A DNA stretch of 64,000 bases from Salmonella phage vB_SenS-3, in sequence record OR896822.1. One strand, 5' to 3'. The notes beneath the pieces were generated by a model that saw only the letters and a program-made list of their open reading frames with translations, ran no database searches and had not been told where the DNA came from. The number at the start of each line of letters is the position of its first letter. The stretch's first letter is position 1. This document shows positions 38,945 to 47,328 of the stretch, one piece after another. The position numbers were made by a program, and so were the translations under genes.

Positions 38945-39919
38945 TTAGTCGTATACTCGCTCTACTATACAAGGGATTACACCACCAGCACGAATCACTC
39001 GAATCTGGCAACCGATCTCTAAATCGAGAGCGTTAATATAATCAACGTTATTAAGAGTTGCTTTAACGATTGTGGCATCATCAATAATCACCGGCTCGAA
39101 ATAACCAACTGGAGTTACTTTACCAGAAGCCCCTACTTGCCATTCAACTTTAACAAGTGTGGTAATTTCGCCTTCTTCATCCTCTTTAATAGCAAATGCA
39201 CCGCGAGGAAATTTATTAGTCCAACCTTCACGGAAGAATTTGTTGTTATCATTAATACGAACAACTTTACCATCCGTCGGAATCCACTTAAAGAAGGAAC
39301 GAACATTAACAACTGTCAAGAAGTTCTCATTCTCTAGCCAAAGCATATCTTTTAAATAGGCTTCTGTAATACCGACTGTTTCCGCTGAACACTGGATACC
39401 ATATGCAACGAAGATTAAACCACCTTCACCAATACGTTGCATGAAATCATCACTATCTTTCAGGTTAATAGCACCAGAAGCATAGTTACGTTTGTTCTCT
39501 ACTTCTTTAGTAATGAGAACTTCACCAGTGATTTGAGTTGGTACTTTTTGGGAAATAGTTTTGGGGATGTTCAGCATTTTAACATTATGCGTTACATCAT
39601 TCCCTAGAATACCGTTACCACGAGTTAACGCTTGAACAAACTCACCATTAATATATAATAGAGAAATCGCACAACCATCTAACTTATCAGTTTCAACCTG
39701 ACCAAGTGGGTTGAATGGAGCTTTATCACCACGATCGTAATAGACTTTCTGCAAAGAATACATACGATACAAATGAGGGATATCACCTTTCGGTCCGATT
39801 TCTTCCTCTAGTGGGAATCTTTTAATCAGACGATCATATTCTTCATCGGAAATAAGACTCATTCCCTGGTAGTACGCTTCTTGACAACGTTTAATAAAGT
39901 CTTTTACATTATTCATCAT
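38945..39919 (-). CDS. NAD-dependent DNA ligase, N-terminal part (adenylation + OB domains; subunit A)
   Basis: 324 aa; adenylation active-site motif KLDG (DKLDGCAISLLYING); ends exactly after the OB-fold region, where the zinc finger would follow. Confidence 0.8.
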   Translation of the reverse strand: MMNNVKDFIKRCQEAYYQGMSLISDEEYDRLIKRFPLEEEIGPKGDIPHLYRMYSLQKVYYDRGDKAPFNPLGQVETDKLDGCAISLLYINGEFVQALTRGNGILGNDVTHNVKMLNIPKTISQKVPTQITGEVLITKEVENKRNYASGAINLKDSDDFMQRIGEGGLIFVAYGIQCSAETVGITEAYLKDMLWLENENFLTVVNVRSFFKWIPTDGKVVRINDNNKFFREGWTNKFPRGAFAIKEDEEGEITTLVKVEWQVGASGKVTPVGYFEPVIIDDATIVKATLNNVDYINALDLEIGCQIRVIRAGGVIPCIVERVYD

Positions 39920-40109
39920 CTGCGATTTCCATTTTGAGTTCTTTATTATACTGAGCAGCCATACCAGCTAAATCAGCAGCTTCTTTTAACCACGCATCTT
40001 TGTACGCTTTCTGGTTTGGAGTGCCAGTATTGTCCTGATAATTGATCTTTGCTATGGAAAGCAAATTAAGTTTTGCTTGAATCTTTGGAAGTGTTATTGT
40101 CATTGCCAT
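39909..40109 (-). CDS. small hypothetical protein
   Basis: Start placed at ATG 40109 (MAMTITLPK) with GAGAGGA RBS directly after a T5-type promoter; ORF track start is 40127. Confidence 0.35.
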   Translation of the reverse strand: MAMTITLPKIQAKLNLLSIAKINYQDNTGTPNQKAYKDAWLKEAADLAGMAAQYNKELKMEIADDE

Positions 40110-40138
40110 AATTGATCCTCTCATCAATTTATATAAAT

Positions 40139-40167
40139 ATTATATATGAAAACTGAGTCGAAAGCAA
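40139..40167 (-). promoter_or_regulatory. T5 early-type promoter
   Basis: Minus strand TTGCTT-17-TATAAT followed by ATTTATATAAATTGATGAGAGG. Confidence 0.6.
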
Positions 40168-40194
40168 GTACATTTATAAAGAAAAAGCCAAGAA

Positions 40195-40503
40195 CTAGGC
40201 ATTCTTGGCTTTGAGTTCTTCAGCTCGTTTCTGTACTTCATGCAAGACCTCGGATTCACTGAGGATTTGCGTAAAAGCGTAGAATAGCTGTGACGTAGTT
40301 TCTAGGGTATAAGGAAAAGAGAAGCCGGATTTCGTTGGAAACCACTCTCCAGTAATATCTTGGAGCCAGTAACGAATTCCCATGTATAGATTCCCACGAA
40401 ATTCAGATACGGTTAGTCTTACTTGTTCTCCCTCCTTCTCCCAAAGCATGATGGACTGGTCGTCAACGTGTCCTTCATAGTTTTGATTTACCTGATCGCT
40501 CAT
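40195..40503 (-). CDS. small protein, possibly PC4-like ssDNA-binding fold
   Basis: 102 aa; segment VRLTVSEFRGNLYMGIRYW resembles the PC4/YdbC-type motif (vs...EFkGk.yidiReyw); from memory, unverified. Confidence 0.4.
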   Translation of the reverse strand: MSDQVNQNYEGHVDDQSIMLWEKEGEQVRLTVSEFRGNLYMGIRYWLQDITGEWFPTKSGFSFPYTLETTSQLFYAFTQILSESEVLHEVQKRAEELKAKNA

Positions 40504-40553
40504 TTACATATCCCAAATACACAAAAAGCCCCATATAGGGGCTAATTGGTTTC

Positions 40554-40850
40554 TTATCGGCCTACTGGAGAAGCACGATCTAACTCTGACTGGAGGCTCG
40601 TCACACGGCGAACTTTCGCAACAGGAATGAAACGGAAGCTATCATTAGTACGAGAGAAAACGAGGATTTCATCTTCTTTCGGCTTACGGATGCGCTCACG
40701 TTTAATACGCTCAGCCAGGTATTTATCCTGAGCTGGATCAAATTCCATCGTACCCTGAAGGTACGTGGTTCCTTTCTGACGAAGTTTTTCGTAATGAAGA
40801 TAAAACTCACCAAATTTTTCGCATTGAGCAATAATTTCAGCTTTATTCAT
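40554..40850 (-). CDS. hypothetical protein
   Basis: 98-aa ORF in early minus-strand operon. Confidence 0.4.
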   Translation of the reverse strand: MNKAEIIAQCEKFGEFYLHYEKLRQKGTTYLQGTMEFDPAQDKYLAERIKRERIRKPKEDEILVFSRTNDSFRFIPVAKVRRVTSLQSELDRASPVGR

Positions 40851-40886
40851 AACTGTATTCCTTGTGTTGGTGGATTTATCTAAGAA

Positions 40887-41297
40887 TTACTTAGTGATAG
40901 CTCGGATAGCTTCTGCCAGATGAGCAGCTGCTTTACCGGTCAGCTTGTCGATGATTGCGTAGTCCAGGAAGTCCGGGGCTAAGCCAGCATCAGAGAATGC
41001 AGAGCGAAGATCGGAGTGAGCCTGAGCTTTGGAAGTACGAGAACCACCAGAAGCTTTTTCTCCAGTAGATGCGCTTGATTTAGAAGTAGAGCCAGCAGCT
41101 TTCTTGATATACAGACCTGCTTTGGTCAGCTTCATACGAAAACCGTTCGGAGTTACACCATTTTCCTGAGCAATTTCGCTAACAATTTCCATGCTAACGC
41201 CCGGACGCTCATCCTCTGGGAATTGCTCCATACGAGCAACGTAGTCGGAAGACATTTTTTCGAACAGTTCATCAGTCCACTGAGTTGGAGTAGTCAT
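40887..41297 (-). CDS. hypothetical protein
   Basis: 136-aa ORF with a low-complexity Ser/Thr/Ala linker in the middle. Confidence 0.4.
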   Translation of the reverse strand: MTTPTQWTDELFEKMSSDYVARMEQFPEDERPGVSMEIVSEIAQENGVTPNGFRMKLTKAGLYIKKAAGSTSKSSASTGEKASGGSRTSKAQAHSDLRSAFSDAGLAPDFLDYAIIDKLTGKAAAHLAEAIRAITK

Positions 41298-41404
41298 ATT
41301 TTTCGATTTCCTTAATTAAGAATTAAACAGAATAGTTCTTTCAAACTATGAGAATATTATATCAATAATTACAGGATTAAGCAACTGAAATTTTTCAGTA
41401 ACTG

Positions 41405-41650
41405 CTACACATCTAGTTCAACGATCTCCCAATCGTCAGCCAGGGCTTCGTCTAGGGAGAGTTCTACCTCTTGCTTATACGCTCGCTTTACATCCTCAGC
41501 CGTATCGTTAGGTAATGGCACAAACCTTTTAACAGTATCGGCATCAACGTTAAACTCGAAAAGCATAGTAAATGTTTTACTATTTTCCCAGCAATCTCGC
41601 TGGAGATATTTTACGTCTCCAGCTTTTAACAGATCAGTTAGTTTACTCAC
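41405..41650 (-). CDS. hypothetical protein
   Basis: 81-aa acidic ORF overlapping upstream gene stop by 8 nt. Confidence 0.35.
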   Translation of the reverse strand: MSKLTDLLKAGDVKYLQRDCWENSKTFTMLFEFNVDADTVKRFVPLPNDTAEDVKRAYKQEVELSLDEALADDWEIVELDV

Positions 41651-42347
41651 GGCGTTTTCCTTTCTCTTTATCGAGTTTTAGGGCAGCTTTAACAGCTTCA
41701 TTAACCAACGTGATAACTTCTTCACGACTCCATTTAAAGCCCAGAGCCTTAACATCAACTCCCAGCTTTTCCAGATGTTTAACAGAGGCTAATTCGTAGT
41801 GCATATAGTGAACGTTCTGTTGTTTACCTTCTGATAACAACCAAACACGATAGCAACCAACTGGATTAGTCATTGCTTTCTTGATTTCACCAATACACTG
41901 ATAGCCAGGAACCCAAACAAGTTCACCAACTTCAAATTCTTCTGCCATCGCATCATCAGGAATCAGCGGTGGATTCAATGGATCAACAATATCGTTTAAA
42001 CGAAGCAAAGCACCATAACGTTCCAGAACAGATTTAATCATCGCTACAGAACGATAATTACGATCTGCGATTTCTTCAAAAGAATCACCAGAAAGATACT
42101 GTTCAATTACGTTTGCAAGCTCAACACCTTCAATCAGTGTTCCACGCTTCTTCTTTTTCATTTCCGCAACCTGAACCTGACGATCTCTCCATTCTTCAAT
42201 CATTCGTTCCATAGTTGGGTTAGAAGAAACACCGAGCATTTCACATGCTGCTTTCTTAGTACCACCATTCTCTAGATGTTCAATAACCTTTTTAAAGGTT
42301 TCATCAGGGATTTCATGGATAAGTTTCTTTCTACGAGAACCAGCCAT
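41643..42347 (-). CDS. putative HTH DNA-binding protein
   Basis: 234 aa; HTH-like segment GTKKAACEMLGVSSNPTMERMIEEW; driven by a promoter near-identical to the classical T5 PN25 promoter; GAGGAG RBS. Confidence 0.45.
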   Translation of the reverse strand: MAGSRRKKLIHEIPDETFKKVIEHLENGGTKKAACEMLGVSSNPTMERMIEEWRDRQVQVAEMKKKKRGTLIEGVELANVIEQYLSGDSFEEIADRNYRSVAMIKSVLERYGALLRLNDIVDPLNPPLIPDDAMAEEFEVGELVWVPGYQCIGEIKKAMTNPVGCYRVWLLSEGKQQNVHYMHYELASVKHLEKLGVDVKALGFKWSREEVITLVNEAVKAALKLDKEKGKRRE

Positions 42348-42378
42348 ATTTAAACTCCTCTCTCAAATTTATGAATCT

Positions 42379-42407
42379 ATTATACAGAAAAATTTTCCTG
42401 AAAGCAA
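42379..42407 (-). promoter_or_regulatory. T5 PN25-like strong early promoter
   Basis: Minus strand TTGCTTTCAGGAAAATTTTTCTGTATAATAGATTCATAAATTTGAGAG, matching the PN25 promoter as I recall it. Confidence 0.7.
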
Positions 42408-42415
42408 ATAAATTT

Positions 42416-42874
42416 TTAAGCTGGATATAGCTCGGCTTTGAAAGCAGCTCTAACTTCTATGGCCTCTTCTAACGAATTGCATTGTTGGTACTTACGAGTA
42501 TTTCCTTTTTGCATAAGTACACAGTATTTTTCACCGCGCATATAGATATTAGATTCTCCTAACTTATTGTCCTTTCTCACATCTATATTATGCATTTGAT
42601 CAGATCTATTGGAATCTTCTAGATTCTCTATGAAATTACAATCCTTAATTCTGTTATTATGGTCTATCTCTTCAGGAATATATCCTTTATGATACAGAAA
42701 GACTAACTGATGTTCTCCCCATTTCTTGCCTTTGAAACCAATCCTGATATACCCTTTGTGCTTCCCACCCGCAAACTGCCCTATTAACCTCTTTTGGTTA
42801 GTTTTCCTCCATTTGAGGTGGCCAGTTTCTGAATCATATTCAAAGGCTTCTCTAACCTCTTCTTGAGTTATCAT
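42416..42874 (-). CDS. HNH homing endonuclease (paralog of 29766..30296)
   Basis: 152 aa; N-terminus MITQEEVREAFEYDSETGHLKW and HQLVFLYHKGYIPEEIDHNNRIKDCN align with the other HNH. Confidence 0.7.
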   Translation of the reverse strand: MITQEEVREAFEYDSETGHLKWRKTNQKRLIGQFAGGKHKGYIRIGFKGKKWGEHQLVFLYHKGYIPEEIDHNNRIKDCNFIENLEDSNRSDQMHNIDVRKDNKLGESNIYMRGEKYCVLMQKGNTRKYQQCNSLEEAIEVRAAFKAELYPA

Positions 42875-43103
42875 CTTCTTTAATTAATTCTCCTAATTCC
42901 TTATAAACACGTTCTAACTCAAAAGGGATACGTAAGGATATTCGTACCTTACGTTGTTTTAACAGCCATATAGATACGTTCGGAATACCAGCCAATCTGG
43001 GAGGGACCACTCGGCATAGTTTCTCCGCAGTATCGTAAACAGAAGTTTTCCGTTCTTTTACTGAAAACTTCCTTGTTTCCCACTTTTTATTCTTCGCTGT
43101 CAT
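42852..43103 (-). CDS. small hypothetical protein
   Basis: ATG at 43103 (MTAKNKKWETRKF...) overlapping the 3' end of the upstream gene; weak RBS. Confidence 0.2.
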   Translation of the reverse strand: MTAKNKKWETRKFSVKERKTSVYDTAEKLCRVVPPRLAGIPNVSIWLLKQRKVRISLRIPFELERVYKELGELIKEDDNSRRG

Positions 43104-45876
43104 TTCTAGCCCCCAATTCAGCAAGAGCTTCCTCATGCATCTGACGTTCTTCATCTGTCATAAACTTAACTGGAATCGGCATACATTCGATCTTACAGTA
43201 AGTTCTGTACCAGTCCACAATCTTTTCCGTATCCAGATCTTTACCGATACCCATCATGCCAAGATACATACGAGCATATTTTGGGTTAGCGCTCTGACCT
43301 GTCTTAAGGAAGAAATCCTTCTTCTTATTCTTAAGAGCTTCGATAAACGGTTTGATTGTTACGTTTGAACACTTTTTAATATCTTCCCAGAACATGTCGT
43401 GCATCTTATGGAAGAATGCAGCTCTATCGTTTGGTTTATCCTTGATATACTGTTCAACGTGTTCCACTGTTACATCTTTAATAGAATCCAGATGATAATA
43501 GCGAACCAGAAGTAACTTGGCTTCATAGGCATCTGCATGACGTGGTGCACAATATTCAGGAGTTGAGTGCAAAATAGCTTTGATTCGCTCTTCTGTATAC
43601 TCTTTGCCTGCACCTTCGATAGTCCCCCAGCTTTCACTGAAGATATCAATAGTTGCACCTTGATCGAGAAGATAATAACGCAAAGTACTGGTATAGTTTC
43701 TAGATTCCAGCTCACGACGGCGTGCGTACAGTTGCTGAGCTAACTCAATCCAACCCTCGTCAATATTATATTGCTCGGAACCAGCAGAGAATCCACTCGT
43801 AGATTTATCAATAAAATAATAAATGTTCTGAGCACCACGGTCGCGCCTGATTGCTTGAAAACGCATGTTTGGCGCTTGGTTTGAGGTTCTAGTGATTACG
43901 AATACGTTATCAAAATAGTTAAAGTCAACACCACTCGTTACAGATGGACTACATAACAAACAATCAATCTGTTGATCAATTAGCTCATTAGTTGTATAAT
44001 CCAGAATACGTCGGATATCTACATCAGACGTAGAGTTTGAGTGAATTTCTTTAACTAACGCACCAGTATTACGACGTAATGCCATTCCCTTCTCATTCAG
44101 TTCATCCGGGCCACAGTCAGATACTAGGATTGATTTCTCCCCCATCTCTAAAGATGTTTGAAGTGCAACCCAAATACTGGATTCATCAGGGAACTCATAT
44201 GCATGAGCTTTTGCCAGCATTTTACGGTGATGATTATAGAACGCGACCGGTTTATCAAAATCAATCAAAGAACCATAGGCTTCAATCGTTTCTGCACTGA
44301 TATCACCATCAGATAAGATAACCGTTTTTGCAGTAATAAGAATATCGCGAAGAACCTGAATACATTCACGACGGTTTTTAACAACCGGGGCGAATAACAG
44401 ATCATTCATTACTGCGTCACATTCATCAATAAAGATCGTATCAATCTGACCCACAAAGCTCTTGAACTTATGGATAGAGTGAATAGTTGAAGACATACGA
44501 TCAATAGCACCACGTTTGAAGTTCAGCATATCAACTGACTTATCATACTGACCAGCACCGAATTTCTTCGCGTTTGAAGATACAAGTGCCCTAGTATTTG
44601 TGATTGCAATAAAGTTTCCTGGAAGAACACCTGCATCTAGCCACTTAGTTACTGCTGTGGTTTTACCTGTACCAAGACTTGCCTTAACAAATGTTAAATG
44701 TCCTTTTGGGGGTACAATGTTAATCTTCAAGTATGGAACTTCTGGCGGTGAATCTGTGTCCAGACGCTTTAGTGGTACACCTTTTAAGTTGGGTGGAATC
44801 TCACGTTTGGAGTTATTCACAAAGGCTTTTAGAGCCTGCTTACGACCGTTATTAAAGTAATCTTGAATATTACGACTATTATCTTTAGTTGCAATATATT
44901 CAGATAAAGCTGGTTTAATCTCACGTTCTAACCACGTAAAGTCAACACCATCTTCTAACGCTCTGTGATAAAGTTTTGGGATAATACGCAGGTACACCCC
45001 ATCCTCAGCTTCTTCTAGTTCGCTGATGGTTTCTTCCACTTTATCAGATGCAGCTTTCTTGCCTTTAATTTGGTCAAGTAAGGAGTAGAATTCTTCTTTA
45101 AACTCACCTCTAGTTGTTTCAAAGTCAACTAGGTTATTGGGTAGATTCACTTTCGAACCCTTAACATACACAAGACGTGGTTTATTCTCCGCTTTAAACG
45201 GATCGACTATACCATCATCAAACAAGGGATCTGCGAAATAGTGAAGCTGAACAGAAGAATAATAAGCTAAGTCAGCAATATCAAAGCCATACTTTTGCTT
45301 ACTACTGTCATTGATAGATGTAAATAAGAACTTTAACTGTCCCTGCGTTACCTTGACATTAGATTCTAGCATTAAGTGCATTCGGATACCTGGTTTTAAT
45401 CCAGCCGAAGACGATGCATGGGCAATAAACCCTGCATCAAGAGGAAACATATCCTCACTAATACTATTCAACATCTTAATAATATGACGTGCCATGCCAA
45501 CAAGATTAAACTTGTCATAGCCACCAGTATCTACAATACCATCCACGTCCATAGCGATAATATGACTAGGATTGGATACGTTAAAGTTTCCTCTGGTACG
45601 ACGCACATTATCTTTTGGAGCTAGACATTTACCACGAATAGCTACAATATGCGGGTCTTTGGTAAGACGACGCATGATAGATAACATTTCAGCAAGGTTT
45701 TGCGGGTCAAGTTCTTCAAGTACATCAAATTTGAAGGGCATGGAAGCTGGTTTACCTTCTGGATGCTCTTTAGAGAATCGCTTTGCAAAGGTATAATCTT
45801 CCACTTTGATCTCTTTCCAGATGCCAGTGGCTTTATCTCTGGAAAATCCTGCGTGACCTTGTAGGATTGAGAACAC
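43087..45876 (-). CDS. putative primase-polymerase (AEP-like) / P-loop helicase fusion protein
   Basis: Start moved to GTG at 45876 with AGGAG RBS 7 nt upstream (ORF track ATG at 45999 has no RBS); N-terminal D-x-D motif HIIAMDVDG resembles AEP primase motif I; central Walker A SLGTGKTT and DExD-like IFIDECD. Confidence 0.6.
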   Translation of the reverse strand: MFSILQGHAGFSRDKATGIWKEIKVEDYTFAKRFSKEHPEGKPASMPFKFDVLEELDPQNLAEMLSIMRRLTKDPHIVAIRGKCLAPKDNVRRTRGNFNVSNPSHIIAMDVDGIVDTGGYDKFNLVGMARHIIKMLNSISEDMFPLDAGFIAHASSSAGLKPGIRMHLMLESNVKVTQGQLKFLFTSINDSSKQKYGFDIADLAYYSSVQLHYFADPLFDDGIVDPFKAENKPRLVYVKGSKVNLPNNLVDFETTRGEFKEEFYSLLDQIKGKKAASDKVEETISELEEAEDGVYLRIIPKLYHRALEDGVDFTWLEREIKPALSEYIATKDNSRNIQDYFNNGRKQALKAFVNNSKREIPPNLKGVPLKRLDTDSPPEVPYLKINIVPPKGHLTFVKASLGTGKTTAVTKWLDAGVLPGNFIAITNTRALVSSNAKKFGAGQYDKSVDMLNFKRGAIDRMSSTIHSIHKFKSFVGQIDTIFIDECDAVMNDLLFAPVVKNRRECIQVLRDILITAKTVILSDGDISAETIEAYGSLIDFDKPVAFYNHHRKMLAKAHAYEFPDESSIWVALQTSLEMGEKSILVSDCGPDELNEKGMALRRNTGALVKEIHSNSTSDVDIRRILDYTTNELIDQQIDCLLCSPSVTSGVDFNYFDNVFVITRTSNQAPNMRFQAIRRDRGAQNIYYFIDKSTSGFSAGSEQYNIDEGWIELAQQLYARRRELESRNYTSTLRYYLLDQGATIDIFSESWGTIEGAGKEYTEERIKAILHSTPEYCAPRHADAYEAKLLLVRYYHLDSIKDVTVEHVEQYIKDKPNDRAAFFHKMHDMFWEDIKKCSNVTIKPFIEALKNKKKDFFLKTGQSANPKYARMYLGMMGIGKDLDTEKIVDWYRTYCKIECMPIPVKFMTDEERQMHEEALAELGARNDSEE

Positions 45877-46372
45877 AACAATACTCCTATGTTGGTTATT
45901 CGAATATCTTTCTTTAGGACTATTCAAAAGAATAGAACAACTATTACTACCATTTACACAAACATTAATCATCATCAAGCAGTATGAATAAGTTATCATA
46001 CCTCAGTGCTGCGCTCTCTTAACTCTTATCCAGATCAGAACCTAGGTCATTGGCCGCTAAGCCGATTCTGATTGCCCTCACTATCCTATTGGTAGGTGGC
46101 TACTGGACGTGTCACCATTCGCTGCTCTTTTCGTTCGCACCCCCATATAAAGCTCTGCCTATATAACGAGCTAAATATGCACGGTTTGGATTTACCTTTC
46201 CGAATTCAGGGTACGCAGATCACTTAATTGATAATTAACTAATGCAGTATAAACACTAGTAATAGTTAAAACAACCCTTAATGGGGCAGCCTAACTGTTC
46301 CGTATTGCGGACTGTAAACAAGAAAAATTAGCAAAATCAATTTTTACTAATGTCTCTCAATTCAATATAAAT

Positions 46373-46401
46373 ATTATATCAAGATTTTGAGCATCCTGCA
46401 A
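46373..46401 (-). promoter_or_regulatory. T5 early-type promoter about 480 nt upstream of primase-helicase start
   Basis: Minus strand TTGCAG-17-TATAAT followed by ATTTATATTGAATTGAGAGACA. Confidence 0.55.
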
Positions 46402-46440
46402 GTAAAATTTTTCCGAAGGTGCTATCAGTGTCCTTGAGCA

Positions 46441-46468
46441 CAGAGAAAACCGAGTCAAAATGACTCGG
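46441..46468 (-). terminator. rho-independent terminator (minus strand)
   Basis: Minus strand hairpin CCGAGTC-atttt-GACTCGG followed by TTTTCTCTG. Confidence 0.6.
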
Positions 46469-46492
46469 TAATCAGGATTGAGCTAATGAAAA

Positions 46493-46816
46493 TCAATCAT
46501 CATTTAGGCCTGGGACATAGATTCCAATGCGATTTAATTGACCTTTAGCTTCTTCGAGAATATCTTCGGTGTACTCCCAAATATCATCTTCTACTTGCAA
46601 AAGATAAGGGGATTCACCAGTTTCGGGCTCACGTGTAATGGCTAAGCCACGTGGATGGAATATAGAGAAGTTGAGGGCAACAATCAAGCCCATGCTGGAC
46701 AATTCATTCCAGTCAGCTTCCCAGCCATCATCTTCATCTTCGTCCACAAATACACCTACACTAGGGTCTGTTACAGAAGTAAACGGAAATGTTACACTAA
46801 CCTTGTCAACCCCCAA
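46493..46816 (-). CDS. hypothetical protein, paralog of 46898..47326; N-terminus interrupted by in-frame TAG (possible pseudogene)
   Basis: C-terminal 70 aa align with the neighbour (DWNELSSMGLIVALN...GIYVPGL vs DWKELDEMGLVFALN...GYMIPGL); an in-frame ATG at 46888 with TAAGGAGG RBS gives MEQVFWRQIDPSLV, then TAG at 46844-46846. Confidence 0.4.
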   Translation of the reverse strand: MGVDKVSVTFPFTSVTDPSVGVFVDEDEDDGWEADWNELSSMGLIVALNFSIFHPRGLAITREPETGESPYLLQVEDDIWEYTEDILEEAKGQLNRIGIYVPGLNDD

Positions 46817-46897
46817 CCAACGTGCAAGGAGCCCCTCAGCACGCTATACCAAACTAGGATCTATCTGACGCCAAAATACTTGTTCCATTCTGCCTCC

Positions 46898-47326
46898 TTA
46901 AGCAGTTAAACCTGGGATCATATACCCGAAACGACGAAGTTTCTGAATCCCCTCATTTACTTCCTCGGGCGAATATGACCAGCCCTCACGTTCATTTACC
47001 TGGAAAGCAGGAGCTTCACCAGTGCGATAGTTTACAATAAGACGGTGATTTGCAGGCATAAACAGCTTATGGTTCAAGGCAAAAACCAGACCCATTTCAT
47101 CGAGTTCTTTCCAGTCTACAATTTCTTCTACTCCCCCACCTAAATCCACGCTAACTCCAATACACGGAGCTTCCTCTAGTGGGCCTTTAAAAGACAGGAA
47201 GATATCGTTATTCTCACACCAAATCTTAAGCAGATTGATGGTTTCATTGTACATACCATTAGGGAGAGAACGCCAGAAGTTGAGGAGCATAGGATTTACC
47301 TCTTTCATGAAAATATTATTGAACAT
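46898..47326 (-). CDS. hypothetical protein (paralog pair member A)
   Basis: 142-aa ORF; start 2 nt after upstream stop; homologous to the downstream ORF. Confidence 0.5.
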   Translation of the reverse strand: MFNNIFMKEVNPMLLNFWRSLPNGMYNETINLLKIWCENNDIFLSFKGPLEEAPCIGVSVDLGGGVEEIVDWKELDEMGLVFALNHKLFMPANHRLIVNYRTGEAPAFQVNEREGWSYSPEEVNEGIQKLRRFGYMIPGLTA

Positions 47327-47328
47327 GC

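Noticed and set aside
45877-46492. tRNA gene(s) in the long non-coding region
   Set aside because: No GTTCRANYC-type T-loop or cloverleaf-compatible arrangement found by eye on either strand; cannot be excluded without a tRNA scan
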